From NCBI GenBank assembly GCA_964016885.1, contig OZ024742.1:117118001-117182000 (forward strand): a stretch of 64,000 nucleotides of DNA. The letters are read 5' to 3'. Of the stretch, positions 9,752-20,035 are shown in pieces. The position numbers and the translations under genes were made by a program. This DNA comes from Eledone cirrhosa. Taxonomy: Eukaryota. Each line of letters begins with the position of its first letter. The first letter of the stretch is position 1. Below the pieces are notes generated by a model. It saw only the letters and a list, made by a program, of their open reading frames with translations, did no database searches and was not told the DNA's origin.

Positions 9752-11585
9752 TCTTTTATTTGCCACTAGGGCATCAAAAGTGGGACAAGTACAAAGGGGG
9801 GAGTTTACACAAAAAGGCGTCCTCAATAAGGAGGAGGCAATAACAAAATATAAAAATAAAATAAGATATAACAAAAAATAAAATTTTTAACAAAATCCTC
9901 AATAGAGAGGAGGCGCCTTGGGGGGTCGCACACACCCCCGAAAAAAGTGTGCAACCCTTCTCCTCAGGAGCACAGAGAAGGGGTGCTCCCTTGGTCTTTC
10001 ATCTTCCTCACCTATAGTCTGATGTAGAGTGAAGGCCCATTCACACGGGCCATTCTCGCCACTTTCACCCATCTTTCATAGAAACGGTTGGGGTGCAGCA
10101 CCTCTCTCTCCATCCTGATCCTTCTTCCGAAATGATATCGGAAGAAACGGACCAGTTGTTGGCCAGAGAGAAAGGTGCCTGACCTCAGTCCTTTCAGACG
10201 CGTCCACCATACAACCTCTTTCGCCATGGCTATTACGCACAGAAACACCGCCTCTGCTTCATCTTTGAAGGGGGGAGGTGGCTTGATCATTACAATAGAC
10301 TCGGTGGTCAACCGGATCGGTCCCACCCCTGACAGCAGTTGTTCGACATAGCCCCACAGATCGGCTGCGCCCGAGCAGTGTACCAATGCGTGTGCAACGG
10401 TTTCCTTGTCGCACACGCATCTGGGACAGATCTTTTTGGCGGGATCCCTACCCGGGCGCCCGTGTCTGTAGAGCCTTTCTCGAACGGGTAAAGCCCCTCG
10501 GTAGCACTGCCAGGCCAGGGACTTCTGGAAGTTGTCCATAGGTCCCGGGCTGAATGTCCCACCGAACAGGCTGGCCAGTTCGTCCTCCTCCATGTCTAGG
10601 GCTTCTCCGAGGGCGTCGTCGCACCTGCTGCGTACCAGCCCTCTATAGAATGTTGTGGTGGAGTCTCCACTGATAACCGGATCCGCCTGCCAGAGGGCGG
10701 TGAGCGCCTGGGCACACTCAGTGTGCCAGGCGCCCAGTTTTCTCGGTCTTTGCTTGACCCAGGATTGCAGCTCGGTGAGTGAGACGAGTCTGGGAAAGGT
10801 TCGTCTCACAAACGAGGCCCACACCGGTTGTCTGGTGAGGAATACGTAGAGGTGCCGTAGCCTTAATGCGTGTTTACGCATCATTAGCCACGGCATCCCC
10901 AGCCCTCCTTTCGAAGGGTGTTGACAGCAGATGGATCTCCTCACCATAGGAGCCCGCCTCTTCCAAAGGAATTGGAAGAGCGCGCGCTCCATCTTGGTGA
11001 GGGTTTCCCTTGGGCAGGGCACTACGGTCAGGCGGTAGTAGATGACGGACGCTATGTAGGTGTTCGCCACCGCCGCCCGACCTTTCAGGGATAGTTTGCA
11101 ACTGGCCCACTTCTGGGTCAGTGCAAACACCCTGTTCGTAACCTCCGCCCAGTTTTTCTCCACCTGGAGGTCCGGTCCGAACCAGACCCCGAGCAACTTC
11201 ACCGGGCCCTCCGTCCAGCGTCCGACGACGCCATCGGAGGGCATCGGTCTGCCTCTCCACGTGCCGAGTTGCAAACCGATCGACTTGTCCCGGTTCAGCT
11301 TAGCCCCTGTGAACTTTTCGTACTCCTCCAGTAAGGTGCCGACCGCCTCGATTTCGGAGGCCGTCGACACCATTACTGTCACGTCATCGGCGTAGGCCGA
11401 CACCGCTTTCCGCAATCCCGGTTCCAAAGGGATGCCCTGCAACAACTCCAACTTTCGCAGTAGTGGCTCGAGAGTCAACACATACAGAAGGGAGGAGAGA
11501 GGGCACCCTTGTCGGATGGACGCGCGATTTGGAACGGCTCCGAGAGGTAGCCGTTCACCTTGACCCTAGAGCAGATGCGGCTGCT
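9748..11585 (-). mobile_element. 5'-truncated L1/Tx1-clade LINE (young)
   Basis: RT motifs (S)IRQGCPLS and SAYADD, GGLG, C-terminal CPRC..ETVAHALVHC; 3' UTR ends AATAAAAGAAAC next to (TA)n. Confidence 0.9.
10012..11481 (-). CDS. L1/Tx1 ORF2 C-terminal portion (RT C-half and zinc-binding domain), uninterrupted 489 codons
   Basis: ORF track; YADD motif; GC-rich relative to flanks; no true start because the element is truncated, and there is a frameshift near 11520. Confidence 0.85.
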   Translation of the reverse strand: MLTLEPLLRKLELLQGIPLEPGLRKAVSAYADDVTVMVSTASEIEAVGTLLEEYEKFTGAKLNRDKSIGLQLGTWRGRPMPSDGVVGRWTEGPVKLLGVWFGPDLQVEKNWAEVTNRVFALTQKWASCKLSLKGRAAVANTYIASVIYYRLTVVPCPRETLTKMERALFQFLWKRRAPMVRRSICCQHPSKGGLGMPWLMMRKHALRLRHLYVFLTRQPVWASFVRRTFPRLVSLTELQSWVKQRPRKLGAWHTECAQALTALWQADPVISGDSTTTFYRGLVRSRCDDALGEALDMEEDELASLFGGTFSPGPMDNFQKSLAWQCYRGALPVRERLYRHGRPGRDPAKKICPRCVCDKETVAHALVHCSGAADLWGYVEQLLSGVGPIRLTTESIVMIKPPPPFKDEAEAVFLCVIAMAKEVVWWTRLKGLRSGTFLSGQQLVRFFRYHFGRRIRMEREVLHPNRFYERWVKVARMARVNGPSLYIRL

Positions 11586-12024
11586 GGGGAGGGTCATATT
11601 TGTGTAATATTGCCAGAATTAATAACAGAACTGTTTGGTTGGTTTTCGCTTCTCGCTTCTGTGTCTTTTATATCGGTAATCTAACTTACTCGGTCCTCAA
11701 TGTTGCCATTGACTGACCGACGGTCAAAAATAATACAGATACAATATAGACACAAACACATATATATAGTTTATCATAAATCTTTCGTTGCACATCTGCA
11801 ACATCGTCAGTGGTGCTATTGTTTCCTCCTGTTGTATTGTATCTCTACGCCATTTTTATTCAGTCTGTCTATATATTTATTTATTTATTTGCTTGTTTGT
11901 TTATTTTATTTTGTTTTGTCTTCTTTGCGCATGCGTTTGCGTGTGTGTATAGTGTTTTGTTTGCTGTGTGATGGGTGACTAGTGTGTGTTTATGTGCTTG
12001 TTATTATTGTGCTTGTGTATGTAT

Positions 12025-12055
<31 letters not shown>

Positions 12056-12126
12056 TAAAACCAACCAAACAGTGAGTGTGTTCTGTTATTAATTCTGGCA
12101 ATATTACACAAATATGACCCTCCCCA
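11586..12126. repeat. Inverted repeat pair (11586-11646 / 12057-12126)
   Basis: TGGGGAGGGTCATATTTGTGTAATATTGCCAGAATTAATAACAGAAC..TGTTTGGTTGGTTTT and its reverse complement. Confidence 0.85.
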
Positions 12127-12194
12127 AGTATAACAATATTTGTTTCGACACACGATTTCATATAAAAAACCTCGCAAAACTAATTCATCGCCGC

Positions 12195-12258
<64 letters not shown>

Positions 12259-12267
<9 letters not shown>

Positions 12268-12597
12268 TGATGAGCAGAACAAACAAACATTAAACAATCC
12301 TTTAAATAAATTAAAAAATAATTTAAATATCTACCTGTTCATAATGCTATTACCGGCGGTTTCCATCCACAAAAGATTGGAAATTCGGAGAATTTCCAAC
12401 GGAAAGTAGATTTCTTCAGATAGCTATTTCCATTCTATAGGACATTTGTCCCACGGTTGGAAATTCTCCGGATTTCCAATCTTTTGTGGATGGAAACCGC
12501 CGGTAATAGCATTATGAACAGGTAGATATTTAAATTATTTTTTAATTTATTTAAAGGATTGTTTAATGTTTGTTTGTTCTGCTCATCAATTTTTATA
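12259..12597. repeat. Near-perfect ~140-bp inverted duplication with ~55-bp spacer
   Basis: 12259-12400 is the reverse complement of 12456-12597; the ORF track shows the same peptide on both strands. Confidence 0.95.
12346..12424 (-). ncRNA. Type I hammerhead ribozyme (second family)
   Basis: GCTAT-CTGAAGA-AATCTAC...GTGGATG-GAAA-CC-GCC-GG-TA-ATAGC; inner hairpin TTGGAAATTC/GAATTTCCAA; A.G mismatch at 10.1/11.1; predicted site between 12351 and 12350. Confidence 0.8.
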
Positions 12598-12799
12598 GTT
12601 CTGGTATCTAGAATTAGTACCATAGAACAACAATTATATTGTAGACACCTTATATATCTCAGTGTGTACTTAGTGCTCAATGAGATATTTACCTCATTTT
12701 TATATATATTTATAAATAATAAAGTGTCTTGCTCAAGGAAACAACACATCACCCGGTCTGAGAATTGAACTCACAACCATATATATATATATATATGTA

Positions 12800-13255
12800 T
12801 GGAGGCACATGGCTTAGTGGTTAGAGCATTGGGCTTGCAATCGAAAGGTAGTGAGTTCAATTCTCAGACCGGGTGATGTGTTGTTTCCTTGAGCAAAACA
12901 CTTTATTTCACATTGCTCCAGTTTACTCAGCTGTAGAAATGAGATGATAGGGACTGGGATCCCTATCATTCCACTGCAAAGTGGTCGTGGAGGTGCCACA
13001 GCAAAAAAGCACCCAGCCCACACTGTAATGTGGACGTGTAGGAGCCACAGAAAAAAAACACCCACCACTCACTTTAAATGAGGTTGGTGTTAGGAAAGGC
13101 ATCCAGCTGTAGAAATCAAGCCAGATCAGTTCCCGTATGAGCAAGACAAGGTCAGCCGACTGGACACTGCCCACAACAGGAGAATCCGTCTAACCCATGC
13201 TAGCGTGGAAGAACGGTCGTAAAATGGTGATCTTGATGATGATGATGATGATGAT
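12800..13255 (+). mobile_element. Full-length SINE family B (tRNA head, CCTTGAGCAAGACACTT-type core, (GAT)n tail)
   Basis: TGGCTTAGTGGTTAGAGC A-box and GAGTTCAATTC B-box; near-identical to 45778-46175. Confidence 0.9.
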
Positions 13256-13431
13256 ATATAAGTTTATCCCAGGTTTAATTGGGGGTAACCACAGTAAGTA
13301 AGGTACTCAATACATAGCAGAATATAAATATTTAATATAGACATGTTTCATTCGGAGGAAATCATCAGGAAAGCTTTTCTGATGATTTCCTCTGTCCTGT
13401 AGTAGCCATTTCTATATATATATAGGAAGAA

Positions 13432-13533
13432 GTATGACCCGACGGCAGAGCTCAAGCCGTTTCGACGGCTATTCAGGACTTGAGTCCAGAAATAGCCGTC
13501 AAAACGGCTTGAGCTCTGCCATTGGGGTCATAC
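13432..13533. repeat. ~100-nt GC-rich palindrome containing a hammerhead 3' half
   Basis: GTATGACCC..GGCAGAGCTCAAGCCGTTT..GACGGCTATT..GGAC-TTGA-GTCC..AATAGCCGTC..AAACGGCTTGAGCTCTGCC..GGGTCATAC. Confidence 0.9.
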
Positions 13534-13681
13534 TTGTTCCTATTACCCACTCTACTACCCTAAGTATTGAGTACTTTGGTGCATTATGGTCCATCTGGTT
13601 CCTTACCACAATTCCTTCATTATATATATATATATGAGAGAGAGTGTTCAGGTTTGCTTGAAGCATTGTGGAATAAGAAAA

Positions 13682-14032
13682 ATAGTCAGTTTCGAAGCCC
13701 CTATAATGCAGATGGGTAAATCTTCTGGCAACAAAATTCAGTGGCAATAGATGGAAAAGGAAAACAAATGTAAATAAGGCGTAAGGAGAAAGGAGGAAAG
13801 AGAAGAATGCTAGAATGTCATGTCTATTTTCCCTTCGGAAAACCACCCCCATTGATGGATGTGAATCCGAAATATAGGAACTAATAAATCTTTGAAGGTA
13901 CACAGACTCTGGGATTCTTCTTTTTTTTCCTCTTTTCTCCTTACACCTTTTACATTTATTTACATTTGTTTTCCTTCTCCCATTGCCAGAAGATTTACCC
14001 ATCTGCATTGTAGAGGCTTCTAAACTGACTAT
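13682..14032. repeat. Inverted-repeat element with ~110-bp arms
   Basis: ATAGTCAGTTT.GAAGCC.CTA.AATGCAGATGGGTAAATCTTCTGGCAA and downstream purine tracts are inverted at 13930-14032. Confidence 0.85.
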
Positions 14033-14033
14033 G

Positions 14034-14104
<71 letters not shown>

Positions 14105-14146
14105 TGACAGATAAGTATGTTTTTGAAACAGCAAGCGAGTTTGAAA

Positions 14147-14313
14147 TTAGAAATAGAAGCTTTTGCCATACTTTTGAGTAAAGATATTTTATCCTGATAG
14201 TGGGGTTTAGAACCCTCAAAGAAATGGTAAAAGATGAGTATTATTGACATGAGGGTTCTAAATGCTTAAAAATATCTTTAGTCAAAAATAACGACGAAAG
14301 CTTCTATTTCTAA
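14147..14313. repeat. Fold-back element related to the repeats at 7132-7235 and 7388-7448
   Basis: TTAGAAATAGAAGCTTT/AAAGCTTCTATTTCTAA and TTTAGAACCCTCA/TGAGGGTTCTAAA. Confidence 0.75.
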
Positions 14314-14377
14314 TATATATATGGGGGTGGGAGGTATATGTGTATGCACACACACTCAGATATAATTTGTTACTTTG

Positions 14378-15866
14378 CAGCCGATAACAGTAGATATTTT
14401 TTTTTAGAATATATTTAATAAAATGTTTATAGTTATTTAACAACCTTCTGGTAATGCTCCAAGTAGATGCAGTGAATTATTTTTTAGCAATTTAATGTTA
14501 TCAAAATATTGATTTCTGTCAAAATCTTATCTAATATTGATATTTTATGTAATATTCTAATATCTAATGCAAAGGAAATATTCCAATAAGCAAATATCTT
14601 GGCTGCCTCAAAATTTTGCTATAAGTTAATATATAATGGTAACTGTGACAATTGATATATACTTTAATTTCTAGATGCATTTCTATACAGGTTACAATAG
14701 TGCATGTTTATGAAAACAATCTGAACTAATTAATTAGCAATTATTAACACAAGATATAATACATATAACTGTATTTCTTCAGGAAATGTGAGAAGGATCA
14801 AAGTTTACCATTTTCAAAAAGTGATCAGAATAGACTCCATCTGAAATATTGGGTACAAACCAAGCATTAAGACAAAACAGATTAAAATAGATATGCAGGA
14901 GTGGAAAGCAATTAAGTGAAGTGAACTTTGTAAAGAGGCAGTGGTAAGCATTTTGCATGAAAAAATATATATATAAGAAATGTATGTAAATTATCATTAA
15001 TACTAATATTAATTTGGTTAGAAGATTCCTTACATAGAAGATTGAACTTCAACTCAGAATCTTGGTATTTAAATCTTAGAATATAGTCTTCATTTTGACC
15101 CACCAAAACAAGAAAATGCTTGCTAGAATCTTCATTTGTCAGTATACTTGTGTGCTGTTTGAGTGAAATGATATTTCAGCTATTTCTGTTTTGCTTTTGT
15201 TTGTTAGGTAATATAATTGATCCAATAAGGTTCACTGTTTCATGTATATATTTGATAAAATCTGTTATTATTATTTATCTTTATGCAAGTTATATTTAGT
15301 TGTTTCATATTGTTCATTGTTATCTTATATTTTCATTTACTTGGGTCTTTAATTGCTGAGCCAGTAGCTTCACTTTGCCCTATTTTCAGGTTTATAGGTT
15401 TGTTACGTGGGTAAAGTTTGAATTAGATTAAAGGTTGCTTGCAGAGTTTAGTTGGGCCAGATTTGGTTCTGGTGGTTGTGTCTGCAGTTTGCTTTGGGGC
15501 AGGTTTGTTTGGCTTATAGGTCAGTAGTAATTTATTGAAGTTGTTATGATTATGTGTGAGTGGAATGCTGATTAGATAATGGGGTAGTAGTTGCTGCAGA
15601 GTAATACAGAAACTATGTAATATAGCAGCTACAGCCTGACAATATCCAATGGTATCTTACCAATAATGGGAGCAGATTCGTTGTTGTTTTACTGAGAAAG
15701 CTATAGTATGGTTTTGAATGATGTGTTCAAATTAAATTTATGGTTGGTGCAGTGTGCAGGGTGGGTAGGGTTGATTGTAGGTTTAGGAGATGTGTTTGCT
15801 TGAGTTCATGAATAGTTTGGGTTTGGTTTAGATGTGTTTGTTATAGTAAAGGCATCTATGGTCTTA

Positions 15867-15939
<73 letters not shown>

Positions 15940-16287
15940 ATGTATATATGTGTATGTATGTATCCGTAGCTCATGGTGGTGTTGTAGGAGCACCGCAGTG
16001 ACATTTGGCATTCTTTAAACGTTTTTTAAAACGTGGTGGATGTCATTTACTCAACAGATCTGAACATAGCCGATTTCTTCCAGAGAAGGAAAGGGAGTGA
16101 TAGAGATGATGTCAGAAAGATATATAGAGGAGGAATCAACCTCATCAGTGGACTCATACTTTTTTTATCAGCCTCGAAAGGATGAAAGGCAAAGTTGAAC
16201 TCGGAGCTCAGAGAGCCAGAATGAATACTGTAAAGCATTCTATCTGACATTCAAACAATTCTGCCAATTCACCACTTATATATGTAT

Positions 16288-16366
<79 letters not shown>

Positions 16367-16686
16367 TGTGTGTGTGTGTGTGCGCGCACATATATGTAAC
16401 CCATGCAAGCTTGGATAAACGCATGTAAAAAAGATAATGATGCCCATATTTCAATTGTCACAATTTCCATTATATATTAATATTTCCTTTGCATTAGTTA
16501 TTAGAATATTACATAATATATCAATATTAGATAAGATTTTAAAAGAAATCAATATTTTGATAACATTAAATTGCTAAAAAATAATTTGATGCCTCTATTT
16601 GCATCATTGCCAGAATGTAGTTAAGTATCTATAAACATTTTATCAAATATATTCTCAAAAAAAAACATATTACTATTATCGGCTGT
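14378..16686. mobile_element. ~2.3-kb element bounded by long (~200 bp) inverted repeats; probable non-autonomous DNA transposon
   Basis: 14378-14582 aligns in reverse with 16480-16686; no TSD recognised. Confidence 0.65.
15870..15935. repeat. (CT)n microsatellite
   Basis: Direct observation. Confidence 0.98.
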
Positions 16687-17251
16687 TCAGTTCCTAATAA
16701 CTTAATATGTGTGTGTTTTTGTGTGTGCATGTGTGTGCATAATATTCACATATGTTAAACAATTTTATTTAAAGAATTTACTCAATATGACAAAGTAAGG
16801 TATTTAAGCTACAGCAGTGATCATAAATAGCTCTATTTGCCTTTTAGATTTAAAACTTTCAGACAAAGCTATTCTAAGGTTGTTTCTGTTGTAGTTGTTG
16901 CCATAACCACAGCTGCTACCATCATTGTTTATGTTGTGAGTAATGGTATTCATACTTAGGTTGGACTGATCAAGCAGACCATCCATACTTTTGTCAGACA
17001 TAATGTATCTTAAATTACATTAGACAGTATTCAAACTGTAATAACCCTCTCTTGTTTTGTACCAAGGACTACATTGCCCAATGTGTCTTTGTTTTCAGAG
17101 ATAGTAGGCTGTAATTTGAGACAAATTTGCTTATTAATTCTAGCATGGTGAGCAACCAGGTATTGACACCATGTTTCAAACATGTTCTACTGTTTGCTAT
17201 GTAGTAGATCTACATATAATAAAAAGCAAGATATTCTTTCATCATTTCATA

Positions 17252-17680
17252 GGTTGAATTAGCAGTATTGGTAAAGCGTGGGACACCCTGCTTTGTGGCA
17301 AGAGTTACGGCCCTTTGCGTTCTGAGTTCAAATCCTGCCACAGTTAGATTTACCTTTCATCCTTACAGGGTCGATAAAATACCAGTAATGCCCTGGAATC
17401 GATTTAATCGACTTTCCCCTCCCCCAAAATTGTTGGCCTTGTGACTAAAGTAGAAACAATTATTTCATAGGTTTGTTGGTGGATTGGCACTATTGGTAGA
17501 GCATCGGAAATCATGCTTTGTAGCATAAAGTTACGTCTCTTTACATTCTGAGTTTGAAACCTGCCAAGGTTTACTTTTCTTTTCATCGTTATGAGGACAA
17601 TAAAAGTAACAGTGACACTTTGGAGTCGATTTAATCGACTTTCCCCTCCCCTAAAGTGTTCGCTTTGTGTCTAAATCATT
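17252..17680 (+). mobile_element. Two tandem SINE family A copies
   Basis: Each has the B-box, core and GTCGATTTAATCGACTTTCCCCTCCCC-type segment. Confidence 0.85.
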
Positions 17681-18884
17681 TCTTCTAAACTGCATGTGTG
17701 CATTGTATTGTTGCTTCACACATCAACAGTAAACCCAACATTTATTTTTATCAACCTCATAATGTTAGTAAGTAAAGTGAACTTGAACATCATTTAACCT
17801 TGGAACCTGAAGTGACATAACTAAATACCAAAATGTATTTTGTTTCAAGCGCTCCCAGATATGCTGTCCCCCTTTGTAGTCAATATAGGGGCATCTATGG
17901 GGTTGTTTGAGCTGATTGAAATAAAGCCGCACTATATTAAAAGAATGGACAATCTGAACAATGCATTCCTTCATTTACAAAGAGGTGGGATGGTCCCACC
18001 TTAAATGTTTTTGAACATAGATTGAACAGGATTAATGGAGGACTAAACACTATGATAACATTTGTTTGACCCGAATTACTTGGTCGTTTCTATGGCTGTG
18101 CGGATAATGGTTTAACCATCGTCTCAGTGTGTTTGGTCTTTTAACTTATGTTGTAGCTCTAGTCCAATAGCTTCTATGGAGTGCTTGCCACACATCTCGG
18201 AAGTTGTTTTTCGCTAATTTCCAATAGCTGAGATACGATTCTCTCTAATTTATATTTGTATGTATATATATATATATATAGGACCAAGGAAGTCAGAATA
18301 CTAATCAGCAATGTTTATAAAAGCCAGCCAATTTTGTAAGAGAAGAAAATGGAAATAATTACAATATATATTTCTTTCTTAGCAGAAATATATTTCTAGA
18401 CATCAAATTGAAACCAGACTTTGTAAATTAGCATAATGCCATTGCTTATTAACGTGGCAAATTGGCAGTCAGCAGGACGTCAAATAGAATGCTCTGTGTT
18501 ATTCATTTCTGCTCTCTGTTGTCCACATCCCATCGAGATCAACTTTGCCTTTCAACCTTTCAAAAATGTACCAGTCTAGTACTGGAGTCATTTACTCCTC
18601 TGTATCTCTTTCTCCTTTTCTCTCTATCACTTCCTCCTCTGGAAGAATTGTGTTCAAACCTGGAGAGATGGGCTTCACCAGGTTTAAAAAAAGCCCAAGA
18701 AATGTTGTATGTCCCTATGGTGCCCCTTTGACTCTACAAGGAGTTACAGGAACATACATTCATTGTATATTGAGTTCATTATATACGAGGGCAATCCCAA
18801 AAGTAAGGTCTCCTTTTTTTTAGAAATACAAACAACCGGTTATTTTCTATAATATTTACATCATTTTAAAGGTTGAACAGTTAT

Positions 18885-19941
18885 TTATTTTTCTACATAA
18901 TCGCCATTTCAGTCGATGCATTTTTGTAGACGCTGTGGCAGTTTTTGTATGCCCATGTCATATCAGCTCGCCACCATGTCCTCCAGGAAGCGTTGAACCT
19001 CATCTTTCACCTCTTCGTCGGAGCAGAATTGCCTTCCGGCCAAATGTTCTTTCAACTCAGGGAACAGGTGGTAGTCACTGGGTACCACGTCCGGACTATA
19101 GGGTGGGTGGGTGATGATGTTCCAACCAAAGTTTTGCAGGAGAGCGACATGTGGGTGAGCATTGTTGTGGAGAATGCTAACGCCCTTGCTCAACATTCCT
19201 CTTCTCCGGTTCTGAATTGCCCTTCTGAGTTTTTTCAGTGTTTCACAGTACCTCTCAGCGTTTATTGTGGTACCAGCAGGCATAAAGTCGACCAACAAAA
19301 CCCCCTTCCGGTCCCAAAACACAGTCGCCATGACTTTACAGGCAGACTGTGTTTGTTTGAATTTTCGCGGTTTGGGCAAAGAGGGATGCTGCCACTCGCG
19401 TGATTGTTGTTTGGTCTCAGGTGTAAAGTGGAACGCCCAGGTTTCATCACCCATGACAACCGAGTCCAAGTAGTTGTCCTTTTCATCTGCATAGCAGCCA
19501 AAAAATTCACAGAAAGAATCAACTCATTGCCGTTTGTGGTCTTCTGTCAGCATCCGTGGCACCCATCTTGCACACACCTTCCGATATTGCAACTTTTCCA
19601 TTAAAATCCTGTGGATGGTGCTTCGGGAAACCTCAGGAACCAAAATGCAGAGAGCAACCAGAGTGATCCACCGATCTTTACGCATGTTTTCCTCAACCTT
19701 TGTGTGCGACTGTCTCGTCGGAAATTGACAGTCTCCCGCTCTTTTGTTCGTCGTGAATTTCAGTACGACCAGCTGTAAACTCTCTACACCACTTGCGAAC
19801 ATTTTTGACATACATGCACAACTGTCCATACACTTCCATCAATTGGCAATGAGTTTCAATCAGTTCAACGCCTTTTGCATTCAAAAACCGAATAATTGTG
19901 CGAACTTCGCACTTGGCGGTAGCGTTCAACTGGAGCTCCAT
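18885..19941 (-). pseudogene. Mariner transposase pseudogene
   Basis: WVPRML, GDETW, LHNNAHPH (second catalytic D changed to N), YSPDVVPSDYHLF; split over frames by stops and frameshifts. Confidence 0.92.
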
Positions 19942-20035
19942 TCTCAACGGATGCCAAGCCAAGATTGAGCATCCCAGCAAAGCGTGCGCATGCTTGTTTG
20001 GGAGTGAAGGAAGCACCAATCACAACAGTGTTGTC

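Noticed and set aside
12140-12768. Same peptide predicted on both strands
   Set aside because: Artefact of the inverted duplication; AT-rich and non-coding
12803-12875. tRNA genes at SINE heads
   Set aside because: A and B boxes are present but no intact cloverleaf, and they are fused to SINE bodies
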